Origin: Syntrophales bacterium
GTDB taxonomy: Bacteria > Desulfobacterota > Syntrophia > Syntrophales > UBA4778
DNA length: 64,000 bases
NCBI GenBank assembly: GCA_963665615.2
Contig: CAXXQE010000001.1
Span: 62,001 to 126,000, forward strand
Direction of reading: 5' to 3'
Position 1 is the stretch's first letter. The number at the start of each line of letters is the position of its first letter. This document shows, piece after piece, positions 10,001 to 21,605 of the stretch. A program made the translations under genes and the position numbers. Under the pieces are notes generated by a model that was not told where the DNA came from, searched no databases, and saw only the letters and a program-made list of their open reading frames with translations.

Positions 10001-12517
10001 TCAGGAGACTGGCAGGGTAATCACCACCCGTGTGCCTTCTCCCTCTTTACTGAAAACGTCGATCGTTCCCTGATGCAGATCGATGATCTTCTTGACCTGC
10101 GTCAATCCCAACCCGGTACCGTAGCTCTTCTTGGTAAAGAAAGGGTTGAAGATATAGGCCAGATCCTTTTCGCTAATGCCACAACCGTTGTCCTGAATAG
10201 TCAGTTCGATGGTCTGCCCCTCTGGTCCGTCCGGTCGCTTTGTAGCGACCTCCAGACGACCGCCTTCTTCCATGGCGTCGATCGCATTGAGATACAGATT
10301 GAGCAGCACCTGATCCAGTTTGGCGTTGTCGAAGCAGACCAATCCCATGGTCGGGTCCAGGTTCATTTTTACGATAATGGCCTTCTGCGTCCGTTCTTTT
10401 TCCGCCTTTTCGAGCGAGCGTTCGATGAAGGCATTGAAATCGAGTTCCCTGCGATGGAGGCCTTCTGGTTTGGCGTAGATCAGGATGTCGTTGACGAGAC
10501 GTTCGAGATGTTCGACCTCCGTCTGAGCGATCTGGAACCGCTTGAGGTCATTGCCCTCCGGCTTCATCCGTCGCTCCAGGATCTGAAGGCTCATTTTGAT
10601 CGAGGACAGCGGATTGCGCACTTCGTGGGCGATGCCCGCCGACAGCTGCCCCAGGGCGGCGAGGTGCTGGCTTTCATAAAACTTCTTTTCCAGGTTTTTG
10701 AATTCCGTGATGTCTCGATGGACGACGATGAATTTGTCGGACCCCTTGATGGGGGTAACCGTGACCAGCAGGTTTCGCTTGGAGCCGTCTCGGGTTTTTG
10801 CCTCCATTTCATAGGGAGCGAAGATCCCCTTTTTGGTCTCCTCCCACTTTTCTTGCACGAGTGCTTTGTTTTCAGGATCCACCAGATCGACGAAGTGCAC
10901 GCTTTTTTCCTTATACATGGAGCGAGGCGTACCGACGCCACTGCTGACATAAGTGACCATGCCGTTGCTGTCCATGGCGTAGATTCGATCAGGCGAGCTC
11001 ATGATGATCGATTGCAGGAAGGTGTATAGGTTCTCGATTTTTTCCCGGAGACTGATGTTGGCGTCGAGTTCATTTTTGAGCGACTCCGTATAGTCCTTAA
11101 GCGCCTCGCTCATCTCCTTTTCCCGCGTAATGTCCTGGAGGGTCTCGATAGCGGCGATAATTTCGCCGTGCTCATTGCGAATCGGAGCGGCCAGAAAATA
11201 GAGGTGGCGCTGCTTGCCGCCCACGTTTGGAAACAGACCGTATCCTTCATAGGCTCCCTTAATGATCGTGGAGCTCTGTAACTGTGTATTGGCGTAATAC
11301 CGCTGGAATGTATCGGTGTCGTAATTGATCAGCAGGTCGGCGATGATCGGTCGCGTTTCGGTATAGAAGGGGAGGTACTGGTTGCAGGTTCCGATCATCT
11401 CTGCACTGCTGTATCCGGTCAGATCGGTGCAGGCTTTATTCCAGAGAATGATGCGGTGTTGACGGTCGATCACGAAGGTCGGGATGGGCGACCCTTCGAG
11501 AATGCCGTCCACCATGCTTTTTTCCCGGGCCAGTTTTTCCTGAAGGGCGTCCTTGCCTCGCAGGTGCTTCAGTTCCTCCTCCAGACGGATTCGCTTTTCC
11601 CCGGAACGAACCATCGCAAAGCTTGCGACCACGACAGCGGCAATCAGGAAAAAGGCGCTGAGCATGATGAAATAATAAGTCAGCTTGAGCTGGGCTGTGG
11701 CGATTTTGTAAGGTGTGCTGACGACGATAAAGAGTTTTGTCGCTTTGAGGCGGATTGGCGTAAAGGCGACGATGAGCCGCTCGTAGCTTGATCCGACGGG
11801 ACGCCGGAAAACGTCGTGGCCTGTGCCGGTCTGTAGCAGTATGTTTTTCAACGTGACACGTTTCGATTCGCGACTTTGCAGCATAGCCGTATCCTGCCCC
11901 GGAAGGTGCGGGTAAAGAATCGTTCCTTGATCGTTCACGATCCAGGCGTCACAGGAAAAATCGTATTTGATTGTGTCGATATACGCTTTGGCGATATTGG
12001 CCAGAGAGATCCCTGCCAAAACAACATTTGCGCCATGTCCGTCGGTAGCCGACTCTGGCGCGGCGATGACAACATACCCGGAGAGGTTTTTCGCTGTTTG
12101 GGAATTTGAAGACGGTGCAAAGGCGACCATGGCCTTTCGGGCCTTCCAAACGTCCTGTGCCAGGGACAACAAGTCGGGATTGAGAGATTTTTCGCCATAG
12201 GGCGGGTAGGCGTTCAGGCTCCGGCCGTCGCTTCGTGCGACAAAGTCCGCTTTACCCTCTAAGGTTTCGAAAATAAACTGGAGGGGATATCGGTGTGAAT
12301 CGTTTTCCCGCCAGGACGTCAGGGTCTTGAGATTTTGCTCGATTCCGGAGATCAGATTTTCGATTCCGTAAGCGATGCCCTTGGCGATGGCCATCTGCTG
12401 GCGATTGAATTGTTCGACCATTTCCTTTTCCCTGGCTGTGTAAATCAGCAGGGAAAAGAGCAGAATCATAAAGATGACGATGAGCGTTGTCAGCCAGATG
12501 GGGATTCTGAATCTCAC
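10001..12517 (-). CDS. Membrane PAS-domain sensor histidine kinase
   Basis: Two TMs around a periplasmic domain, PAS domains, AHEVRNPL H-box and GTGLGL. Confidence 0.93.
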   Translation of the reverse strand: MRFRIPIWLTTLIVIFMILLFSLLIYTAREKEMVEQFNRQQMAIAKGIAYGIENLISGIEQNLKTLTSWRENDSHRYPLQFIFETLEGKADFVARSDGRSLNAYPPYGEKSLNPDLLSLAQDVWKARKAMVAFAPSSNSQTAKNLSGYVVIAAPESATDGHGANVVLAGISLANIAKAYIDTIKYDFSCDAWIVNDQGTILYPHLPGQDTAMLQSRESKRVTLKNILLQTGTGHDVFRRPVGSSYERLIVAFTPIRLKATKLFIVVSTPYKIATAQLKLTYYFIMLSAFFLIAAVVVASFAMVRSGEKRIRLEEELKHLRGKDALQEKLAREKSMVDGILEGSPIPTFVIDRQHRIILWNKACTDLTGYSSAEMIGTCNQYLPFYTETRPIIADLLINYDTDTFQRYYANTQLQSSTIIKGAYEGYGLFPNVGGKQRHLYFLAAPIRNEHGEIIAAIETLQDITREKEMSEALKDYTESLKNELDANISLREKIENLYTFLQSIIMSSPDRIYAMDSNGMVTYVSSGVGTPRSMYKEKSVHFVDLVDPENKALVQEKWEETKKGIFAPYEMEAKTRDGSKRNLLVTVTPIKGSDKFIVVHRDITEFKNLEKKFYESQHLAALGQLSAGIAHEVRNPLSSIKMSLQILERRMKPEGNDLKRFQIAQTEVEHLERLVNDILIYAKPEGLHRRELDFNAFIERSLEKAEKERTQKAIIVKMNLDPTMGLVCFDNAKLDQVLLNLYLNAIDAMEEGGRLEVATKRPDGPEGQTIELTIQDNGCGISEKDLAYIFNPFFTKKSYGTGLGLTQVKKIIDLHQGTIDVFSKEGEGTRVVITLPVS

Positions 12518-12693
12518 TCCGTATCCTTTCCCGACTTCTTGGCCTTATAGTCTTTGACTGCGAACAGGATATAAACGCCGATGGCAGCACACAGGGAGAC
12601 GATAAGCTTGATCAATCCGCTTTCGATGTGGAAAACCTTGTCGCAGGCAAGCCAAGCGACGAGATAGGTGACAGCCGTCAATAATTCCTGCAT
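12514..12693 (-). CDS. Small (59 aa) two-TM membrane protein, absent from the ORF track
   Basis: MQELLTAVTYLVAWLACDKVFHIESGLIKLIVSLCAAIGVYILFAVKDYKAKKSGKDTE*. GAGGAG RBS. TGA overlaps the kinase GTG start (GTGA). Confidence 0.7.
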   Translation of the reverse strand: MQELLTAVTYLVAWLACDKVFHIESGLIKLIVSLCAAIGVYILFAVKDYKAKKSGKDTE

Positions 12694-13137
12694 GGATGTG
12701 TTCTCCTCTACTGTCAGTCTCCGGCCATCGTCCGGTAAATCCGGTGGCGCAATGAGGGGCTGATTCGTGTCCCCGGCGTTGGGAGGATCAAGTTGCTATC
12801 TTTCATACCGCCCCCCAAGAAATATTTCAATAAGAAGATGATCTGACTCCCTTTTTTGATCTTTCGCAGGCCGTCTTTTCTCTTTATTTCCTATCTGTTT
12901 TGCGATAATAGCATAGTCAAACAAGGGTGCGCCCTTACAGGCTTTACGCCTATTTTGAACATTTCGTTGAAGCCTTCGACTTTCATTTTAATGAAGTGTT
13001 AAAAGAGCCGACGATCTTGGGGCGGTTGCACGAAGCCCAATATTTTAGAAAGTAATGTGGTTGTCATGTGTTATGCTTTTTTACGGCCGCGGCTGAAGGC
13101 GGCATGTCAATTGCAATTGTGCTCGGTCAACTTCAGT

Positions 13138-13256
13138 TTGAAGACTCGCCTGAGCAAGTTCCGGCGAATCTCCGATCCCTGAGGAAGATGTTTTATTATG
13201 ATGCGCTCGCTTGCCCCGCAGCAAGCTGCAAGGAATGCGAGCGCTATCGGATTCAA
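13138..13256 (+). repeat. Intergenic repeat family A (TTGAA...TTCAA), copy 1
   Basis: Core GCTCGCTTGCCCCGCAGCAAGCTGC...GAATGCG.GCGCTA...TTCAA, shared with 45360, 48525, 55240 and 61755. Confidence 0.75.
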
Positions 13257-13317
13257 GAGACTTCTTTCTGCCGAAGGAAGCGAAAAATTCGTTTTAAAAT
13301 AGAAAGGAGAAGTAACA

Positions 13318-13692
13318 ATGTTCAAGAGATTCGGAAAAGCAACGGTCGCCATTTCTTCAGCGGTAGCAACCTGGCTGATCACCTCTCCCCTGGCTTTCGC
13401 GGCTGAAGCGTTGCCGTCGGGTGAATCGTATACGAAGGTGATTTTTGCGGTTGGTGCGATGATCGCGGCAGGTATCGCCATCGGCGGCGGCGCCATCGGC
13501 GCGGGCAACGGTATTGGAACGGCTGCGGGCGGTGCATGCGGTGCGGTCGGAAGAAATCCGGGCGTCCAGGGCAAGATCATGATGACGATGCTGGTCGGTA
13601 TGGCCATGGCCGAATCAATCGCCATTTATGCATTGGTTATTTCTCTTATTCTGCTTTATGCGAACCCCTATAAGGTATTTTTCCTCGGCTAA
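13318..13692 (+). CDS. atpE: F-type ATP synthase subunit c (stand-alone copy)
   Basis: Gly-rich GAIGAGNGIG helix, GRNP loop and MAESIAIY carrying the ion-binding Glu. N-terminal signal-like extension. AGGAG RBS. Confidence 0.92.
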   Translation: MFKRFGKATVAISSAVATWLITSPLAFAAEALPSGESYTKVIFAVGAMIAAGIAIGGGAIGAGNGIGTAAGGACGAVGRNPGVQGKIMMTMLVGMAMAESIAIYALVISLILLYANPYKVFFLG

Positions 13693-13734
13693 GCCTTTTA
13701 ATATCCGGAAAACCAATAAATAGGGGGAAGGGCA

Positions 13735-15060
13735 ATGGCAGAAACAACAAGAGATAAGCAGTTTTTCACTGTGGCAAGGGTATTCTTCCTGCTTATCGTC
13801 ATCCCCATTTCTCTGATGACCATTTTGATCGCCAACGGCATATTTAAAGTGGGGAATATTGCCTCGGAGCGGGCTGTTACCGGTCTGGATCAAAAACTGC
13901 AGGAAGAAATCAAAGCGCGTACCGTTCAGACGGCGGATGAGGTTGCCAATTTCCTGATGGAAAGGAAAAAGGATCTTTTAGTTGCCACGATTATCCCGAC
14001 GACCGATTCCTCTTTCAAAAAATTCGTTAGCGAGAACCAGAAAAATGTATGGGCCAAACAGCCGGATGGCAAGATCGTTCAGGTTCTGACGCCGCTTTAC
14101 GCCGAGATGGCCCTGATCGATAGAAAGGGCAATGAGCAGATCAAGGTTGTCAACGGCGGGGTTGTGCCCAAGTCCGCACTCGGCAATATCGCGCAGGCCA
14201 AAAATACAACCTATAAGTCGGAGGACTATTTTTCCAAGGCGATCGCTCTGAACAAGGGCGAGGTCTATGTCTCTCCGGTAACCGGCTGGTATGTCAACAA
14301 GGCCGATTTTGAGAAAGGCAAACGCTATGCGGGTGTCGTTCGTTTGGTTACCCCGGTTTTCGGCAAGGAAGGGGTTTCAGGGTTAATCGTTCTGACCCTG
14401 GATTACCGGCACCTCGCCGAGTTCACCAATCACATCATTCCAACGCAGTCCGAGCGGGTTTATCGCGCGGAGACGGCATCCGGAAACTTTGCATACCTCG
14501 TTGATTCCCGGGGATATGTTATTGTGCACCCTGACGAGTTTCATATCGAAGGCTTGGCGGCCGATGGCGCTCCGGTGGCTCCTCTCAACAGGGATAAGCA
14601 GCAGGAGCAGATGAAAAAGGGTGAGGAAGTCCTGAACGTCAAGCAGCTTGGCTTTATGGATACAGGTCTTCCAGAGATCGACAAAAACGCCGCCATGGGG
14701 CGTGCGGGTGAGAAGATCTATAAAATCGGCGCCCGAACGAACTTCATTGCTTATGCTCCGATCAAATTTGTTGCGGCCAACCTTCCTGCGCCCGGTGGAT
14801 TCGGGTGGGTGGCGATGAACGTGGACGTGGAGCGGTTTAACGAGCAGGCTTCGGCAGCGTCAAAGCACATTGTCAAGGAAGCCAAGAGCTGGACGGCAAC
14901 CATCATCATTATTCTCGTCGTCTCCGTCATTCTTCTCTTCCTCATTTCGGCGTTGTTGGCCAGGGGCATCTCCAGGTCGATCGCCAAACAGGTGCCTGAG
15001 GGTGCATCCCAGGATGTTGCCGATTACTACGAGGATGATGATGACGATGACAAGAAATAG
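13735..15060 (+). CDS. Membrane-anchored Cache-domain protein with no cytoplasmic output domain
   Basis: TM - large periplasmic region (EDYFSKA, GEVYVSP, FAYLVDSRGYVIVHP, IAYAPI) - TM - short acidic tail. Confidence 0.75.
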   Translation: MAETTRDKQFFTVARVFFLLIVIPISLMTILIANGIFKVGNIASERAVTGLDQKLQEEIKARTVQTADEVANFLMERKKDLLVATIIPTTDSSFKKFVSENQKNVWAKQPDGKIVQVLTPLYAEMALIDRKGNEQIKVVNGGVVPKSALGNIAQAKNTTYKSEDYFSKAIALNKGEVYVSPVTGWYVNKADFEKGKRYAGVVRLVTPVFGKEGVSGLIVLTLDYRHLAEFTNHIIPTQSERVYRAETASGNFAYLVDSRGYVIVHPDEFHIEGLAADGAPVAPLNRDKQQEQMKKGEEVLNVKQLGFMDTGLPEIDKNAAMGRAGEKIYKIGARTNFIAYAPIKFVAANLPAPGGFGWVAMNVDVERFNEQASAASKHIVKEAKSWTATIIIILVVSVILLFLISALLARGISRSIAKQVPEGASQDVADYYEDDDDDDKK

Positions 15061-15096
15061 TCGGCGCTAAATAATGATCGTTAAAAACGACCTATG

Positions 15097-15130
15097 AGAA
15101 AGGGTCGGCCTCACCGCCGGCCCTTTTTTG
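15097..15130 (+). terminator. Intrinsic terminator
   Basis: AAAGGGTCGGC-loop-GCCGGCCCTTTTTT. Confidence 0.75.
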
Positions 15131-15200
15131 TGAGAAATTGAAAGGGGTTGCGAATGATTGTCGACATGCTCCCGGAGGGCGTTTCGGCGCGTCTTTCCCG

Positions 15201-15229
15201 TTGACATCTAGAGGCAAAATTGCTAGTAT
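15201..15229 (+). promoter_or_regulatory. Sigma70-type promoter of ppsA
   Basis: TTGACA-N17-TAGTAT with a TGn extension. Confidence 0.65.
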
Positions 15230-15284
15230 CGCGCCTAAATTACCAGAATGTTTATAATTTTCCTACTTCCACAGGAGGCGGTTC

Positions 15285-17696
<2,412 letters not shown>

Positions 17697-17728
17697 CGCC
17701 GTCCCGTGCAACGACTGTAGCACAATGC

Positions 17729-17760
17729 CAAAGGGCGCCCGGTTTTCCGGGCGCCCTTTT
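17729..17760. terminator. Bidirectional terminator between ppsA and rnpB
   Basis: AAAGGGCGCCCGG-TTTT-CCGGGCGCCCTTTT. Confidence 0.8.
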
Positions 17761-17774
17761 CAGTTTCAGTATGT

Positions 17775-18203
17775 CGAAGCAGAGGAGTAAGCCGAGTTCT
17801 GTTCCCCTGGCGGTTGCCCGCTTCGGGGCGATGGTCATTTATCTGGGACGACAGTTGCCTGCCGCCTCTAGCGACACTACCCGAGAACATCGGACGGGCC
17901 GTCCTACAGCGTTCTCCTATTTGGTCTTGCTCCGGATGGGGTTTACCATGCTTCCCCGGTCACCCGGGAAACGGTGAGCTCTTACCTCGCCTTTTCACCC
18001 TTACCTGCCGTGGCCGAAGGCCGCGAAGTCTCGAGTTAAAAAACTCTGGACTACCGCCCGCCTTGCGGCTGGCGGGCTGGCGGTATCTTTTCTGTGGCAC
18101 TTTCCTTAGGGTCGCCCCCAGTCGCCGTTAGCGACCATCCTGCCCTGTGGAGCTCGGACTTTCCTCCAGTCCTTTCGGACCAGCGACCATCTTCTCTACT
18201 CCG
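17775..18203 (-). ncRNA. rnpB: RNase P RNA (type A)
   Basis: Minus strand has GAGGAAAGUCCGAGCUCC, GGAAAGUGCCACAGAAA, GGUAAACCCC, AGAUAAAUGACC and ACAGAACUCGGCUUA; the ends pair as P1. Confidence 0.96.
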
Positions 18204-18243
18204 GCATAACTCTAATATAACGCGTCACATGCAAGTTGTCACG

Positions 18244-18654
18244 CTATTCATGCCGATCGATCGCCTCGTTGGCCAGCCGGTCTGCTTCGGCGTTTTTGTG
18301 ACGCGGTACATGCTGGATCGAATAGCTCTTAAAAAAGGTAAGCAGCTTCTTTGCCTCCATTGCAAACCGCGCCAGATTGGCATTCTTGATTTTATAGAGC
18401 CCTTCCATCTGTCGGACAACAAGTTCGGAATCCAAATAGATTTTGACGTTGTGCTGCTGCAGCTTGAGGGCGGTTTCCAACCCGAGAATCAGAGCGCGAT
18501 ACTCCGCCTCATTGTTCGTACAGGTTCCCAGAAAGCGCTTCGATTCGCTCAGGATCTGCCCGGCGGCATCGTAGAGGATGACGCCGGCCCCGGCTTTGCC
18601 GGGATTGCCGCGGCTGGCGCCGTCAGTGTAAAGGGTGGCGTAGGAATTAGTCAT
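18244..18654 (-). CDS. rnhA: Ribonuclease HI family protein
   Basis: YTDGASRGNPG, TNNEAEY, DSELVVRQ and NAEADRLAN motifs. Confidence 0.9.
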   Translation of the reverse strand: MTNSYATLYTDGASRGNPGKAGAGVILYDAAGQILSESKRFLGTCTNNEAEYRALILGLETALKLQQHNVKIYLDSELVVRQMEGLYKIKNANLARFAMEAKKLLTFFKSYSIQHVPRHKNAEADRLANEAIDRHE

Positions 18655-19366
18655 GGTGGTCGTTGCCCCAATAGATGATTCGACTGCAAAACGGACATTG
18701 GAACAGGTCGTTCAATTTCTGGAGGTCGATGCAAAGCTGCGGGGGAATAGTCATGTGGCAACCTTCGCAGATGCCCTTTGATGAGATAGCCGCAACAGCG
18801 CAGCCGCTGCGTTTGCTTTTGATGGTTTCATAGCGTTTGACGAGATCCGCACGGATCCGGCTTAGCATGACCTCCTTGTCCTTTTGGAGCGCTTGAAGGG
18901 ATTCGTCAAGGGCCTGGATGTCTTTGTCAATCAGGGCGATGCCGCTGTCGAAAATGCAGCGACACGCAGCCAACTCCTTTTCCGCGCTGCCGATCTCTTT
19001 TTGGGTTTTATCGATTTCTTCCAGTGCGACAAGGATCTCGTCCTCGCAATCGCTGTTGAGTTTCTCGATCGTCTCGATTTCCTTGAGCATGGCCTGATAT
19101 TCTTTGTTTGTCTTGACCTCCAGGAGCCTGTCCTTGGTCTTTTTCAGCGCTTCTATCCCCTTCTTGAGGTGGTCTTCTTTCTGGCGATGGGCCTTCTTTA
19201 CGTCCTCCAGGTGTTGTTTCTCTAAATCGAATTTTTCCGTTGCTTTCTGGAGGCCTTGCTCTAAGGCCGATCGGCGCTCGGGGAGTTCCCTTTTCTGGAT
19301 CAGTATCCGATCCAGTCCGCTGTCGATTTTTTGCAGATCAATCAATAAAAGCAGTTGCTCATTCAA
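18647..19366 (-). CDS. Coiled-coil protein with C4 zinc ribbon (DUF164 type)
   Basis: Long coiled coil, KTNKEYQAMLKEIE, and CEGC...CPFC. Confidence 0.88.
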   Translation of the reverse strand: MNEQLLLLIDLQKIDSGLDRILIQKRELPERRSALEQGLQKATEKFDLEKQHLEDVKKAHRQKEDHLKKGIEALKKTKDRLLEVKTNKEYQAMLKEIETIEKLNSDCEDEILVALEEIDKTQKEIGSAEKELAACRCIFDSGIALIDKDIQALDESLQALQKDKEVMLSRIRADLVKRYETIKSKRSGCAVAAISSKGICEGCHMTIPPQLCIDLQKLNDLFQCPFCSRIIYWGNDHHD

Positions 19367-19445
19367 TGGACGGCTCCTTCCGATAAGGGGATAGGGGAAT
19401 GCAGATCAGCGGGGCAAGGGCCATTGGCCGTCGATCGTGTCGGCC

Positions 19446-19474
19446 AAAAAAAATGCACCGGGGCCGGTGCATTT
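19446..19474 (-). terminator. Intrinsic terminator after tRNA-Ile2
   Basis: Minus strand AAATGCACCGG-CC-CCGGTGCATTTTTTTT. Confidence 0.7.
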
Positions 19475-19564
19475 CAGGAGGGGTGCTAACCATGGATGTC
19501 ACATGGTTGGTTGATGAAAAGGTAATCCTCATGGTGTCCTGACCCCTTAGAGAAATCAAACAAA

Positions 19565-19640
19565 TGGTGGGCCCACCTGGGTTCGAACCAGGGACCTACC
19601 GGTTATGAGCCGGTGGCTCTACCAATTGAGCTATGGGCCC
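19565..19640 (-). tRNA. tRNA with CAT anticodon, most likely tRNA-Ile2 (lysidine-modified)
   Basis: GGGCCCATAGCTCAATTGGTAGAGC...CTCATAA...GGTTCGAACCCAGGTGGGCCCACCA. Typical position after rpoD. Confidence 0.92.
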
Positions 19641-19655
19641 CGAAATTGAGAATGG

Positions 19656-19684
19656 AAGCTAATCACATTGCACAACTTTGTCAA
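19656..19684 (-). promoter_or_regulatory. Sigma70-type promoter of the tRNA
   Basis: TTGACA-N17-TAGCTT. Confidence 0.6.
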
Positions 19685-19845
19685 GGGTTATTTGGCCGTA
19701 TCTTGAGGCATTCTTCTGCGCAGGCCCTTGCAGACTGCGGTACGGCAACGATTTGTCTCAGAGCGTCGAATCCGGTAACGAGCGAATCCTGTTTAAACCT
19801 CTTCTTCCTCAGGCGAGTCTTCAATCCTGAGGCGAGGACAATCAA

Positions 19846-21594
19846 TCACTTGACGGGGGCCTTCAATGCCCGTCTCTTGGATGGATTTCTCAGTCGCCTG
19901 ATGGCCGCGGGCATCTCAACCTGTGAAAATCGATCCGGGATAGTAACAGGTATTTCAGGTTCTTCCACGCTATCCGACCTTTCACCGATTCCAAAGCGCA
20001 TCCGCAGGACCTTTTCCTCTCTAGGGGTTAAGGTTGACAGAATCTTCCGGGTCTGTTTGGCCAAATCCATACTAATAGCGGCGTCAGAAGGCGACATGAT
20101 CTTTTTGTCCTCGATGAAATCGCCGAGATGGCTGTCTTCTTCCTCGCCGATGGGCGTCTCCAGCGAGATCGGTTCCTTGGCGATTCTGAGAACCTTCCGC
20201 ACCTTTTCGAGAGGGAATTCCATTTTGTCGGCAATTTCTTCGGGATTGGGTTCTCTGCCTAACTCCTGGACGAGATAGCGCGATGTCCGGATGAGTTTGT
20301 TGATCGTCTCGATCATGTGGACAGGAATACGGATGGTCCGCGCCTGATCGGCAATGGCCCTCGTGATGGCCTGGCGGATCCACCAAGTGGCATAGGTCGA
20401 GAACTTGTAGCCGCGCTGGTACTCGAACTTGTCGACGGCCTTCATCAGACCGATATTGCCCTCCTGGATCAAATCGAGGAACTGAAGGCCGCGGTTGGTG
20501 TATTTTTTGGCGATGCTGACAACGAGCCGCAAATTGGCCTCGATGAGTTTCCGCTTGGCTGTGCCCGATTTCCTCTCTCCGCGGTCGATCGAGAAGGCGA
20601 CCTTTTTTAGCGTCACAGCAGGGATGCCTGTTTCCGTGGTAACCCGTTTGATGACAACACGAGCCTCGCGAACCATGACATCCAGTTCTTTGAGACGGTA
20701 GATCGGAACACGGGTCTCTTTGGAAACCAGACGCTCCTCCTGTCGTCCTTTTTTCAATCTGGCAAAGGCCTTGTCCATCATTTTGGTGGGGAGTTTTGTT
20801 TCCTGCTTGGCGATCCTGATCTTGTTTTCGGCGCGGGCGACTTCGCCGGCCGCGTCCTTCAGCCGGGAGATCATCTTATTGATCTGCTTCTTGCTCAAGC
20901 GGATCTCGCGGCTCAGGTCAACGATCTTGACGGTGTTTTTGTGCAGATCGGCCTGGAGTTTCTCCCACTGATCGGAGAAGGCCTCGTCGTGGAGTTTGGA
21001 CCGCATGAGGGTGCTTTTCTTCTCAACCTTGGCGATCTTGTCGATCAGGTCGATAACCCGTTCCCGGTGCATGTCCTCCTCTACAAACCCCTCTTCATCT
21101 TCGAGATTGTCAACGACGTGCTTGATCCTGAGTTCACCGGTGTGGAGTTTCTTGCCCACATCGATCAAGTGCCTGACGGAGATCTCGACCCCGAAGACGG
21201 CCTCCATGACCTCCCGCTCGCCCTCTTCTATCTTTTTGGCAATTTCGATTTCTCCTTCGCGATTCAGGAGCGAAACGAGCCCCATCTCCCGCAGGTACAT
21301 CTTGACCGGGTCGCCGGTTTTTCCTGCCAGAGAAAATAGAACGGAAAGTTCCTCTTCCTCGTCCTTCGTCTCCATGATTTCGTCGGAGGCTTTGGGAAGG
21401 ATGATCTTTTCTCCTCCCTTGTCGATGATATCGATATTCTTCTCGCCAAAGAGCATGATAATGTCATCGATCTGTTCGGGAGAAATGACGTCGGACGGCA
21501 GGACGTCATTGACATCGTCGTATGTGAGAAATCCTTTTTCTTCTCCCAAGGTGATGAGTTTCTTCACTTCATCGGAATGCGTTTCTTTGGCCAT
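19846..21594 (-). CDS. rpoD: RNA polymerase sigma-70 factor (RpoD) with divergent region 4.2
   Basis: Regions 1.1, 1.2 ([11 protein letters not shown]), 2 ([27 protein letters not shown]), 3 and 4.1 are intact. Downstream of dnaG. Confidence 0.93.
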   Translation of the reverse strand: MAKETHSDEVKKLITLGEEKGFLTYDDVNDVLPSDVISPEQIDDIIMLFGEKNIDIIDKGGEKIILPKASDEIMETKDEEEELSVLFSLAGKTGDPVKMYLREMGLVSLLNREGEIEIAKKIEEGEREVMEAVFGVEISVRHLIDVGKKLHTGELRIKHVVDNLEDEEGFVEEDMHRERVIDLIDKIAKVEKKSTLMRSKLHDEAFSDQWEKLQADLHKNTVKIVDLSREIRLSKKQINKMISRLKDAAGEVARAENKIRIAKQETKLPTKMMDKAFARLKKGRQEERLVSKETRVPIYRLKELDVMVREARVVIKRVTTETGIPAVTLKKVAFSIDRGERKSGTAKRKLIEANLRLVVSIAKKYTNRGLQFLDLIQEGNIGLMKAVDKFEYQRGYKFSTYATWWIRQAITRAIADQARTIRIPVHMIETINKLIRTSRYLVQELGREPNPEEIADKMEFPLEKVRKVLRIAKEPISLETPIGEEEDSHLGDFIEDKKIMSPSDAAISMDLAKQTRKILSTLTPREEKVLRMRFGIGERSDSVEEPEIPVTIPDRFSQVEMPAAIRRLRNPSKRRALKAPVK

Positions 21595-21605
21595 ATATTC
21601 TCTCC

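Noticed and set aside
17814..18131. ORFs overlapping 17603-18131
   Set aside because: The region is the RNase P RNA gene on the minus strand.
19565..19640. tRNA-Met assignment for the CAT tRNA
   Set aside because: It lacks initiator features (C1 mismatch, three G-C anticodon-stem pairs). The GGGCCC acceptor and position after rpoD favour Ile2, though elongator Met is not fully excluded.
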